Source of the DNA: Bacteroidales bacterium
Lineage (GTDB): Bacteria; Bacteroidota; Bacteroidia; Bacteroidales; WCHB1-69
DNA length: 64,000 nt
Reading direction: 5' to 3'
Assembly (NCBI GenBank): GCA_016285085.1
Contig: JAEEQA010000004.1
Span: forward strand, 13,836-77,835
Shown here: positions 18,824-27,636 of the stretch, piece by piece
Layout of the letters: every line of letters starts with the position of its first letter
How positions within the stretch are numbered: the stretch's first letter is position 1
Translations under genes and position numbers: made by a program
Notes under the pieces: generated by a model
Told to the model about the DNA's origin: nothing
Databases searched by the model: none
The model's input: the letters and a program-made list of their open reading frames with translations, nothing else

Positions 18824-20209
18824 ATGCATATTAATCGTATGAAAATAGCCCAGTGGCTGCTGATGGCGGCATTCTTTTTCGTGACCGGCCAGATACAGGC
18901 GCAGGAAGTCCAAGACACATCGGCGGTACAGGAAACAGAGGAACCCGAACAGGCCGTCAATGAGTTTTCAATCAGTGCCAAGTTGACCACCCGCGGGGAA
19001 ATTCGCTACGGCGGTTTTAATGCCGATGACAACGACAACCAAGCGATGGCACATTTTCTGATGGGTCAGTACAAATTCAGCCTCAGCTATAAGCGTTCGG
19101 ACTGGCTCGAATTGAAACTCACGCCGCAAATGGCGGGAGTCTGGGGGCAGAAGTCGGGGCTGTTGAGTCTCTCTGAAGCGTGGGCGCTTCTGAAGACCAA
19201 GCACACCCTTTTTGCCAAGATCGGACGGCAGACGCTGGAGTACGACGACGAGCGTATTCTGGGTTACGATGACTGGTCGATGACCGCGCCCACCCATGAT
19301 GCGCTGAAATTGGGTTTCGAGGGCTATGGCCACAAGATCCATATCATTTTGGCCTACAATCAGGATCCTGAAAACATAGCCGTCGGGGGAACCTACTATT
19401 CGGGCGGCATCCAGCCCTACAAGACGATGCAGACGTTTTGGTATCACTATGACACCCCGAAATCATTCTTCGGGTTCTCGCTTTTGGCGATGAATATCGG
19501 TATGCAGAACGACAACCCGCAGAAACCAAAGACATTTTACCAGCAAATCTATGGCACCTATATGGAACTGAGGCCGAAATACACGATTCTGTCCGGTGCT
19601 TTCTACTATCAAATGGGCAAGGAGGAGCACGGTATTCCCGTGAGAGCCTTTATGGGCAGTGCAAAACTCAAGGTCAGACCCCACGATATGGTTTCCGTTT
19701 GCGCCGGCTACGATTATCTGAGCGGTGACAAATATTTCGCCGTGCCGCCCATAGGTATGCTGGGAGTGACGCGTCGGGACACGGTTCGGGGGTTCAGCTC
19801 CCTTTTCGGCTCGCACCACGATTTCTACGGCGCCATGGACTTTTTTTATGTTGACAGCTACGTAAGCGGTTTTACCCCCGGTCTGCAGAACCTTTACGCC
19901 GGAATCTCAGTGTATCCAGTGGCAGGTTTAAGCATCAATGCGGCGTACCACTTCTTTGCCATCGCTACCGATCTTGACAACCTTAAGAAACCGCTTGGAC
20001 ACGAAGTGGAAACCTCTCTATCCTACACGTTTGCGAAATTTGTCACCGTCGCAGCGGGATACACCTTTATGAAGGGAACCGAAACCATGCTTGCCCTACA
20101 GCGCGTTTCCAACCAACGCCGGCTGCACTGGGGCTGGGTCATGCTGTCCATCAACCCCACCATTTTCTCCACTACATGGCAAGATAAAAAGAAGAGAGTT
20201 AAGAGTTAA
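18824..20209 (+). CDS. Outer-membrane beta-barrel protein (porin-like; possibly alginate-export family)
   Basis: Signal peptide followed by alternating amphipathic strands rich in Y/G/aromatic residues. A terminal-strand-like '...INPTIFSTTW' is followed by a 9-aa basic tail contributed by the heptamer tract. The family assignment is from memory only. Confidence 0.55.
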   Translation: MHINRMKIAQWLLMAAFFFVTGQIQAQEVQDTSAVQETEEPEQAVNEFSISAKLTTRGEIRYGGFNADDNDNQAMAHFLMGQYKFSLSYKRSDWLELKLTPQMAGVWGQKSGLLSLSEAWALLKTKHTLFAKIGRQTLEYDDERILGYDDWSMTAPTHDALKLGFEGYGHKIHIILAYNQDPENIAVGGTYYSGGIQPYKTMQTFWYHYDTPKSFFGFSLLAMNIGMQNDNPQKPKTFYQQIYGTYMELRPKYTILSGAFYYQMGKEEHGIPVRAFMGSAKLKVRPHDMVSVCAGYDYLSGDKYFAVPPIGMLGVTRRDTVRGFSSLFGSHHDFYGAMDFFYVDSYVSGFTPGLQNLYAGISVYPVAGLSINAAYHFFAIATDLDNLKKPLGHEVETSLSYTFAKFVTVAAGYTFMKGTETMLALQRVSNQRRLHWGWVMLSINPTIFSTTWQDKKKRVKS

Positions 20210-20251
20210 GAGTTAAAAGTTAAAAGTTAAGAGTTAAGAATTTAGAATTCA
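20196..20251 (+). repeat. Heptamer tract (GAGTTAA x3, AAGTTAA x2, GAGTTAA, GAATTTA, GAATTCA) spanning the OMP stop codon
   Basis: Eight consecutive 7-bp units. The embedded TAA rotates through all three frames, and the second unit supplies the gene's stop (20207-20209). The tract ends 17 bp before the NRPS ATG. Confidence 0.85.
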
Positions 20252-20267
20252 GATATATAGAAAATTA

Positions 20268-23200
20268 ATGGATACTATGAAAAATATCGCTCCTTTGTCT
20301 CAATCGCAATTAGGTATTTATGCCGAATGCGTACATCACGAAAACGAGATCTTTTATAACCTCCCCTTTCTCTATGTTTTTGACGGCAGTCTCGACGCCG
20401 ACCGGTTGTGCCGCGCCATAGAGGCGACCTTAAAGGCGCATTCCACTTTCTTCACACGGATTGAACTGAGTGATGACGGAGAACCTTTGCAGACTATTGA
20501 CCTGGAAAAAGAGGAATTCAGCCTTTCCGTCGAGCAGGTTACGGACCTTGAGGCTGAGAAGCGAAAATTCATCGAGCCTTTCAAACTCCATGGCGGCAGG
20601 TTGTTTCATACCAAGGTGATGCGCGACGCGGAGCATGTCTATTGGTTCTTCGACATGCATCATATCATCAGCGACGGCTCCTCGTACCATATTATCGTTT
20701 GCGATGTGGAAACGGCTTACAACGGCGGCACGCTGGCTCCCGAGGAGATGACGATGCAGGAACTGGCCCTTGCCGAAGCCGAGATGCGGAAAACGCCTGC
20801 TTTCGAGGAGGGCAAACAGTGGTATGCCCAGAACTTCGACTGCGGCGACACGTTCACCCAGCTCATGCCCGACCTCGAAATCCCCGAACAAACAGATGCC
20901 AATAAACACCGCGTCCTCAATACTGATATGGACCGGGTGGATGCTTTCTGCAAGACCAACGGCATCAAAAAAAGCACCTTCTTCACGTCGGCATTTTCTT
21001 TCCTGCTGGCCAAGTACAACAACGATCAGGAATCGCTGTTCACCACGGTTTTCAACGGTCGCACCGACCCGAAGTTCCAACATTCCGTCGGCATGACAGT
21101 AAAGACGCTGCCCGTTTACGCCAAGTTCACGGAAGAGACCACGGTGCTCGATTTCATGAAAGCCGGCGAGGAACAGATGATCGGCTGCCGCAAGCACGAC
21201 CTCTATTCCTATACCGACATCATGACCGACCTCAACCTGCAAACCAACGCCATATTTGCATGGCACGGGCTCATACTTGATTTCACCGAACTGATGGGCA
21301 AACCCATGGAGGCCATTCAGCTCCGCAAACATAACGAGGGAGTGTCGTTCTATCTGATGGCTTACTATGTCGGCAAAAAATATCATATCAAAGCGGAATA
21401 CAACGCCAACGAATATTCCGAGACGCTGGTTGACCAATTCATGGAGAGTTACGAGGCGGTTTTGGAGGGCTTCCTAAGCCAAACTCTCCTGTGCGACATC
21501 GACATCTGCACCGAGAGCCAGCGCGCCCTGCTTGACCGTTTCAACCAGACCGACAAGGAGTTGGATATGAACGCGACCATCGTTTCCAAGTTTCGTGAGC
21601 AGGTGGCGAAGACTCCTGACAACATCGCGGTGGTTTATCAGGACAAACGTTTTACCTACAAAGAATTGGATGAGATTTCCGACCGCATCGCAGCCTATAT
21701 CCATGGGAAAGGCCTTCATGAAGAGGATGTCGTTTCTGTGTTGATTCCGCGTTGCGAATGGATGCCTATCGTCTCCATGGGCGTGTTGAAGGCCGGCTGT
21801 GCTTACCAGCCCCTCGACCCCACCTATCCTTCGGAACGTCTCAACTTCATGATGCAGGATGCCTCCGTGAGGTTGCTCATCGCCGACCCGGAACTGCGCG
21901 GTATCGTCGATCAATACACCGGCGAGGTGCTGTTTACCACGGACATCAAAACATTGGAAACCGTAGAGACGTTTCATGAAACGTCTCTACAACAGCCGAA
22001 TTCGTCCTCCCTTTTCATCATGCTTTACACTTCCGGCACTACGGGAACGCCTAAGGGCTGTCAGATTGTGCATCGCAACATCGTTGCGTTCTGCGAGTGG
22101 TACCACCACCGGTTCAACCTCACCGCTGACTGCCGCGTTTCGGCCTACGCCAGTTTCGGTTTCGATGCCAATATGATGGAAACCTATCCTGCGCTCACGT
22201 GTGGTGCCACGCTCTACATTATCCCTGAAGAACTGCGCCTGGATTTGCTGGCATTGAACGAATATTTTGAGCAAGAGCAGATTACTCACGGATTCATGAC
22301 CACGCAGGTGGCTTATCAGTTTGCCACTTCCATTGAGAACCACTGCCTGCACTACCTGTTGACAGGCGGCGAGAAGCTGGCACCCCTGACCCCGCCTGCG
22401 AACTACACGCTGGTGAACCTCTATGGTCCGACCGAAAGCACCGTCTGCATCACCTCCTTCGACGTGACAAAGCCCATGAAGGACATCCCGATTGGCTCGG
22501 CGTTGGACAACACCAAGCTTTATATTGTCGATAAGGCGGGTCACCGTCTGCCGGTGGGGGTAGCGGGTGAGCTCTGGGTCGCCGGACCGCAAGTGAGTCG
22601 CGGCTACCTCAACCGTCCCGAAAAAACCGCTGAGGTCTATATCGACAACCCCTTCGATTCCAGCGAGAAATACGCGCACATCTACCGCACCGGCGACATC
22701 GTACGCTACCTGCCCGACGGCAACATCCAGTTCGTGGGACGTAAGGACGGACAGGTCAAGATCCGCGGTTTCCGCATCGAATTAAAAGAGGTTGAAGGCA
22801 TCATCCTTCAATTCCCCGGCATCAAGGACGCCACCGTGCAAGCCTTCGATGAAGAGGGCGGCGGCAAGTTCATTGCGGCCTATATCGTTTCCGATGAACA
22901 AATTGACATCGATGCCTTGAACAACTTCATCATGGAGGAGAAACCGCCTTACATGGTGCCCGCCGTGACGATGCAGATCGACCGGATTCCGCTCAACCAG
23001 AACCAGAAAGTGAACAAGAAAGCCCTTCCCAAGCCCGAGAAGAAAGCGGCTGAGGCGGTGGTGGAGAGCAATGTGCCCATGAATGTACTTGAGAAGGAAA
23101 TCCACGACATCATTGCAAAAATCATCAATACCGAGGACTTTGGCGTAACGACCGTATTGGGCTATGTCGGCCTCACCTCCATCATGGCCATCAAACTGGC

Positions 23201-26200
23201 CATCCAGATCAACAAACGTTTCGGGGTCACCCTCGACTCGAAATCATTGGCCAAGACGGGTACTTTGCAAAGCATTGAAAACGAAATCCTAAACGCGATG
23301 CTCTCAGGAAATGTCGCTGTTCATTCCAGCGAGTCTGGGCAGTCTGTTCAGACAGAACAGGCCACTCCGACAGGTCCGGTTCCCTTGAGCTACGCGCAGA
23401 TGGGTGTCTATGTGGATTGCATGAAACAGCCCACGTCCACGGTCTATAACATTCCTTCACTCATCCGTTTTCCCAAAGGAACCGACGTGCTGCTGCTTGC
23501 CAAATCTGTGGAGACCCTCGTCAAGGCGCACCCGCAGTTCTTTGTGCATTTTGACAGCGAAGGAGGCGAAATCGTACAGATTGTTGACACCAATCAACCG
23601 GTTACCGTCACAAAGAGCCAGTTAAGTGAAACGGAACTGGAAAAATACAAGGTGAAGTTTGTAAGACCGTTCAACTTGCGGCAGGGACCGCTGTACCGCA
23701 TGGAAATCGTCACCACCGGGCAGGATGTTTACCTCTTGGCCGATGTCCATCACCTGATTTTCGACGGCGGTTCCTTCGACCTGTTCCTGAACCAGTTGTG
23801 CGACCTGATGAACGGCAAAGAGATCGAAGCCGAGGCCATCAACTATGCGGCTTTTGTCGCCGACGAGAAAGCGGCTGAAAACAGTCCGAGCTACCTTGAG
23901 GCCAAGAACTTCTTCAACGAGCGTTTGGGTAAAGTGGAGGGCGTCACCGAAGTGCCTGCCGACCTGACCAATCCCGTGGAGCAAGGCACGGTCAGCGAGG
24001 CTTTCTGCAAGCTGGATTTCGATGCGATGGAGGAATTTTGCAAGAAAAACAATCTCTCACCCGCGCACCTCACCCTGGCGGCGGTGTTCTATGCGCTCTC
24101 GCGTTTCACCAACAACGAACAGATTTGCATCACCACCATCAGCAACGGCCGCTCTGACCTGCGCATCCGCAACACGACGGGCATGTTTGTCAACACGCTG
24201 GCCCTGAGTGCCCAGATTGGCGACCAAAGCGTGATGGACTTCCTGAAGGAGACCAGCCAGAACTTCAACGAGACTTTGACCCATGAAAAATATCCGTTTG
24301 CGCAAATTGCCGCCGACTACGACCTGTCGGCCGAAATCATGTTTGCCTATCAGATGGGTGTTATTGACCAATATCTTGTCAATGGTCAAAAACTTGAAAT
24401 AGAGTCTCTTGAGCTGAACACACCGAAGTTCCGTATCGCTTTCTACATTCAAGAAAAAGAAGGTGTGCCGGGCGTGGTGGTGGAATACGACAATGGTCGC
24501 TACAGCCAGGAACTGATGCAAAGTCTGGCGCAGTCGGTCAGCAATGCAGTCAATGCTTTCATCCGCCAGCCGGAGTCGGCGTTGCAGCATATTTCCCTGC
24601 TGGATGCCGAACAGACCGCTTTGCTCGACAGCTTCAACCAGACGGCTGTGCCTTACGACGACACCCAGACCATTGTTTCGCTGTTCCGCAAGCAGGTGGA
24701 GCAAACGCCCGACAATCTGGCGGTGGTGTATCATGATAATAAATACACCTATCGCGAGGTGGATGAGATTTCGGAGCGCATCGCAGGCTATGTCGTCGCA
24801 CAAGGACTTGGGAACGAAGATGTCGTTTCCGTGCTGATTCCGCGCTGCGAATGGATGGCCATCGTTTCGTTGGGCGTTTTGAAGGCCGGCTGCGCCTACC
24901 AGCCCCTCGACCCGAGCTATCCCGCCGAACGTCTGAACTTTATGATGAAAGACGCCGCTGCAAAACTGCTCATTGCCGATGAAGAATTGCGTCCCATCGT
25001 AAATGAATATGAAGGAAAGGTGTTGTTGACAAAGGATATTGCGACATTGAACCCTGTAGAGACGTTTCATGAAACGTCTCTACATGAAACGTCTCTACAA
25101 CCGACGCCGTCCTCCCTTTTCATCATGCTTTACACCTCCGGTTCCACGGGAACGCCGAAGGGTTGTCAGCTGGAACATGGCAACTTGGTGGCTTTCTGCC
25201 ATTGGTATCAGCGCCATTATGGGCTGACGGCCGCCGACCGCGTGGCGGCGTATGCCAGCTATGGTTTCGACGCCTGCATGATGGACCTTTACCCGGCGTT
25301 GACGTGCGGTGCCTGCGTCCACATCATTGGGGATGACATCCGCCTGAACCTGCCCGACCTCAACAACTATTTCAATGAGCAGGGCATCACCCACTCGTTC
25401 ATCACCACGCAGGTGGGCTACCAGTTTGCCACGAATGTGGACAACCACTCACTGCGTTGCTTCGCGGTGGGTGGCGAGAAGCTGTCCGCCCTCAACCCGC
25501 CGACAAACTACAAGATGTACAACGGCTACGGTCCGACGGAGTGTACCATCTTCACCACCAACTACTGGGTGAAGGATTACGAGCTGGACATCCCCATCGG
25601 CAAACCGCTGGACAACCTGAAACTCTATATCGTTGACAAGCAGTTTAATAGATTGCCTCTCGGGGCTGCCGGCGAACTATGGGTCACGGGACCGCAGGTG
25701 AGCCGTGGCTACCTGAACCGTCCCGAAAAGACGGCCGAGACCTACCTGAAGAACCCCTTCAGCGATGACCCGAAGCACGCCCGCGTCTATCGCACCGGCG
25801 ACATCGTGCGCTACCTCCCTGACGGCAACATCCAGTTTGTGGGGCGCAAGGACGGTCAGGTGAAAATTCGCGGCTTCCGCATCGAGCTGAAGGAGGTGGA
25901 AGCTGTCATCCGCCAGTATCCGGGCATCAAGGACGCCACCGTACAAGCCTTTGATTATGAGAACGGTGGAAAGTACATTGCCACCTATATTGTCAGCGAT
26001 GAGAAAGTTGACATCAAACAGCTCAATGCTTTCATCGGGCAGCAGAAACCGCCCTACATGATTCCGGCGGCGACGATGCAGATTGACAGCATCCCGCTGA
26101 ACCAGAACCAGAAGGTGAACCGCAAGGCACTGCCCACGCCCGTCATCCAAGCCAGCGACCGTGAGTATGTGGCACCGGCCAATTCGGCGGAGGAGCTGTT

Positions 26201-27602
26201 CTGCCGTATCTTCGGTGAGGTGCTCGCTCTCGACAAAGTCGGCGCCACCGACAACTTCTTCGATCTCGGCGGCACCTCTCTGATGGTGACCCGCGTCATC
26301 ATCGAGGCCGACAAGCAGGGGGTGCATGTGGCCTACGGCGACGTCTTCGCCAATCCCACCCCGCGCAAACTCGCCGCACTCGTCATGGGAGGCATTGTTG
26401 TCAATACCGACGATGAGGAGGTGACCCGATTTGATTATTCTTCCATCAACAATTTACTGGGTAACAATACATTGGATAGCTTCCGCAATGGCGAGCGGCA
26501 ATCCTTGGGCAACGTTCTGCTCACCGGTGCCACAGGTTACCTGGGCATTCATGTGTTGCAGGAACTGATCCAGTCGGATGCGCAGAACATCTACTGTCTG
26601 GTACGCGACAAGAACCTGGATGGCGCCGAGCACCGGTTGAAAACATTGCTGTTCTACTATTTTGAATCCACCTACGACGAGCTGTTCGGCAACCGTCTTC
26701 ACATTGTCCTTGGCGATGTCACCAACGACCTGACCGCTCTTGTCGAAGCGAAGATTGACACGGTGTTCAACTGTGCCGCTGTCGTAAAGCACTTCAGTGA
26801 AGGCACCGAGATTGAGGATGTGAATGTGGGAGGCGCGCAGCGTTGTGTGGAGCTCTGTCTGAAGACCGGCGCACGGTTGGTACACATTTCCACGTACAGC
26901 ACCAGCGGGCTCAACGTCAACGACACCATGGCTTCCGACTACATCTTCACCGAGCAGCGGCTTTACGACGGTCAGTACCTCGGAAACCAGTACGTTCATT
27001 CCAAGTTCATGGCCGAACGCATCGTACTGCAATCGATAGTAGAGGACGGGCTGTCGGCCAAGGTGATCCGTGTCGGTAACCTGGCGGCACGCACCAGCGA
27101 CGGTGAGTTCCAGATCAACTTCTCCACCAACTCCTTTATGGGGCGTATCAAAGTCTTTAACATGCTGGGCTGCTTCCCCTATTCTCTGTACGAGAGTAAA
27201 GTGGAGTTTTCACCCATTGATGAGGTGGCGCATGCCATCATTCTGCTCAGTTCCACACCCAAGGAGTGCTGTGTGTTCCATGCTTACAACAGCCACGAGC
27301 AGTTCCTCGGCGACGTCCTCAGCGGATTCAACAACCTGGGCACAAACATCCGTCTCGTGGAGGACGAGGAGTACAACGCCACCATGGAGAGTGCGGGCAA
27401 CGATCCCCAGAAGGCCAAGACGCTTTCCAGCTTGCTCGCTTACCAAGATATGGCCCACGGCATGAAAGTCAAACAGGTGGTCGTTAGTAACCAGTACACC
27501 ACGCAGGTGCTCTATCGTCTGGGCTTCAAATGGTCGCCCACCACGTGGGACTACGTCGATCGCATGTTGAGTGCCATCAGCGGGTTGGGATTCTTTGATT
27601 AG
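20268..27602 (+). CDS. Bimodular non-ribosomal peptide synthetase, C-A-T-C-A-T-R (terminal thioester reductase)
   Basis: 2444 aa. Two 'HHxxxDG' C-domain motifs (HHIISDG, HHLIFDG). Two adenylation cores ('LYTSG(T/S)TGTPKG', 'YGPTE', 'GELWV.GPQVSRGY', 'YRTGD', 'GRKDGQVKIRGFRIEL'). Two carrier sites ('GLTS', 'LGGTS'). The C-terminal SDR carries 'LLTGATGYLG' and 'YVHSK'. Confidence 0.93.
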   Translation: MDTMKNIAPLSQSQLGIYAECVHHENEIFYNLPFLYVFDGSLDADRLCRAIEATLKAHSTFFTRIELSDDGEPLQTIDLEKEEFSLSVEQVTDLEAEKRKFIEPFKLHGGRLFHTKVMRDAEHVYWFFDMHHIISDGSSYHIIVCDVETAYNGGTLAPEEMTMQELALAEAEMRKTPAFEEGKQWYAQNFDCGDTFTQLMPDLEIPEQTDANKHRVLNTDMDRVDAFCKTNGIKKSTFFTSAFSFLLAKYNNDQESLFTTVFNGRTDPKFQHSVGMTVKTLPVYAKFTEETTVLDFMKAGEEQMIGCRKHDLYSYTDIMTDLNLQTNAIFAWHGLILDFTELMGKPMEAIQLRKHNEGVSFYLMAYYVGKKYHIKAEYNANEYSETLVDQFMESYEAVLEGFLSQTLLCDIDICTESQRALLDRFNQTDKELDMNATIVSKFREQVAKTPDNIAVVYQDKRFTYKELDEISDRIAAYIHGKGLHEEDVVSVLIPRCEWMPIVSMGVLKAGCAYQPLDPTYPSERLNFMMQDASVRLLIADPELRGIVDQYTGEVLFTTDIKTLETVETFHETSLQQPNSSSLFIMLYTSGTTGTPKGCQIVHRNIVAFCEWYHHRFNLTADCRVSAYASFGFDANMMETYPALTCGATLYIIPEELRLDLLALNEYFEQEQITHGFMTTQVAYQFATSIENHCLHYLLTGGEKLAPLTPPANYTLVNLYGPTESTVCITSFDVTKPMKDIPIGSALDNTKLYIVDKAGHRLPVGVAGELWVAGPQVSRGYLNRPEKTAEVYIDNPFDSSEKYAHIYRTGDIVRYLPDGNIQFVGRKDGQVKIRGFRIELKEVEGIILQFPGIKDATVQAFDEEGGGKFIAAYIVSDEQIDIDALNNFIMEEKPPYMVPAVTMQIDRIPLNQNQKVNKKALPKPEKKAAEAVVESNVPMNVLEKEIHDIIAKIINTEDFGVTTVLGYVGLTSIMAIKLAIQINKRFGVTLDSKSLAKTGTLQSIENEILNAMLSGNVAVHSSESGQSVQTEQATPTGPVPLSYAQMGVYVDCMKQPTSTVYNIPSLIRFPKGTDVLLLAKSVETLVKAHPQFFVHFDSEGGEIVQIVDTNQPVTVTKSQLSETELEKYKVKFVRPFNLRQGPLYRMEIVTTGQDVYLLADVHHLIFDGGSFDLFLNQLCDLMNGKEIEAEAINYAAFVADEKAAENSPSYLEAKNFFNERLGKVEGVTEVPADLTNPVEQGTVSEAFCKLDFDAMEEFCKKNNLSPAHLTLAAVFYALSRFTNNEQICITTISNGRSDLRIRNTTGMFVNTLALSAQIGDQSVMDFLKETSQNFNETLTHEKYPFAQIAADYDLSAEIMFAYQMGVIDQYLVNGQKLEIESLELNTPKFRIAFYIQEKEGVPGVVVEYDNGRYSQELMQSLAQSVSNAVNAFIRQPESALQHISLLDAEQTALLDSFNQTAVPYDDTQTIVSLFRKQVEQTPDNLAVVYHDNKYTYREVDEISERIAGYVVAQGLGNEDVVSVLIPRCEWMAIVSLGVLKAGCAYQPLDPSYPAERLNFMMKDAAAKLLIADEELRPIVNEYEGKVLLTKDIATLNPVETFHETSLHETSLQPTPSSLFIMLYTSGSTGTPKGCQLEHGNLVAFCHWYQRHYGLTAADRVAAYASYGFDACMMDLYPALTCGACVHIIGDDIRLNLPDLNNYFNEQGITHSFITTQVGYQFATNVDNHSLRCFAVGGEKLSALNPPTNYKMYNGYGPTECTIFTTNYWVKDYELDIPIGKPLDNLKLYIVDKQFNRLPLGAAGELWVTGPQVSRGYLNRPEKTAETYLKNPFSDDPKHARVYRTGDIVRYLPDGNIQFVGRKDGQVKIRGFRIELKEVEAVIRQYPGIKDATVQAFDYENGGKYIATYIVSDEKVDIKQLNAFIGQQKPPYMIPAATMQIDSIPLNQNQKVNRKALPTPVIQASDREYVAPANSAEELFCRIFGEVLALDKVGATDNFFDLGGTSLMVTRVIIEADKQGVHVAYGDVFANPTPRKLAALVMGGIVVNTDDEEVTRFDYSSINNLLGNNTLDSFRNGERQSLGNVLLTGATGYLGIHVLQELIQSDAQNIYCLVRDKNLDGAEHRLKTLLFYYFESTYDELFGNRLHIVLGDVTNDLTALVEAKIDTVFNCAAVVKHFSEGTEIEDVNVGGAQRCVELCLKTGARLVHISTYSTSGLNVNDTMASDYIFTEQRLYDGQYLGNQYVHSKFMAERIVLQSIVEDGLSAKVIRVGNLAARTSDGEFQINFSTNSFMGRIKVFNMLGCFPYSLYESKVEFSPIDEVAHAIILLSSTPKECCVFHAYNSHEQFLGDVLSGFNNLGTNIRLVEDEEYNATMESAGNDPQKAKTLSSLLAYQDMAHGMKVKQVVVSNQYTTQVLYRLGFKWSPTTWDYVDRMLSAISGLGFFD
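20280..21557 (+). other. NRPS condensation domain C1 (N-terminal, starter-like position)
   Basis: Approximately aa 5-430; HHIISDG at aa 131-137 (nt 20658-20678). Boundaries approximate. Confidence 0.7.
21576..23042 (+). other. NRPS adenylation domain A1
   Basis: Approximately aa 437-925. A3 'LYTSGTTGTPKG', A4 'FDANMME', A5 'NLYGPTESTVCIT', A10 'NQNQKVNKKAL'. Boundaries approximate. Confidence 0.75.
21963..21990. repeat. Palindromic element copy 4 (centre TTTCATGAAA), in-frame inside NRPS A1
   Basis: A perfect 28-bp palindrome, GTAGAGACGTTTCATGAAACGTCTCTAC. It is translated as VETFHETSLQ (aa 566-575), immediately N-terminal to the A3 core motif. Confidence 0.9.
23079..23297 (+). other. NRPS carrier (T/PCP) domain T1
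   Basis: Approximately aa 938-1010. The attachment site is 'GYVGLTSIMAIKL' (Ser971, nt 23178-23180), which deviates from the canonical LGGxS. Confidence 0.6.
23373..24662 (+). other. NRPS condensation domain C2
   Basis: Approximately aa 1036-1465; HHLIFDG at aa 1161-1167. Confidence 0.7.
24669..26147 (+). other. NRPS adenylation domain A2
   Basis: Approximately aa 1468-1960. A3 'LYTSGSTGTPKG', A4 'FDACMMD', A5 'NGYGPTECTIFTT'. Long stretches are near-identical to A1. Confidence 0.75.
25055..25099. repeat. Palindromic element copy 5 (centre TTTCATGAAA) plus a 15-bp partial duplication, in-frame inside NRPS A2
   Basis: The full palindrome at 25056-25083 is followed by a repeat of its right half, ATGAAACGTCTCTAC (25084-25098). 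Translated as VETFHETSLHETSLQ (aa 1597-1611), at the position homologous to copy 4. Confidence 0.9.
26175..26387 (+). other. NRPS carrier domain T2
   Basis: Approximately aa 1970-2040. Canonical 'FFDLGGTSLM' (Ser2004). Confidence 0.75.
26514..27599 (+). other. NRPS terminal thioester reductase (R) domain
   Basis: Approximately aa 2083-2444. Rossmann 'TGATGYLG' and catalytic 'Y(2242)VHSK(2246)'. Confidence 0.8.
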
Positions 27603-27636
27603 GGGGATAAAAAGGGAATATTGCTGAAAAAGGTCC

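Noticed and set aside
21963-21990. Both arms of the palindrome contain the Type IIS site CGTCTC/GAGACG (BsmBI/Esp3I specificity), suggesting a link to a restriction-modification system.
   Set aside because: This is a 6-bp coincidence within a conserved 9-bp arm. No cognate R-M genes are visible in the window, and nothing in the sequence supports a functional link.
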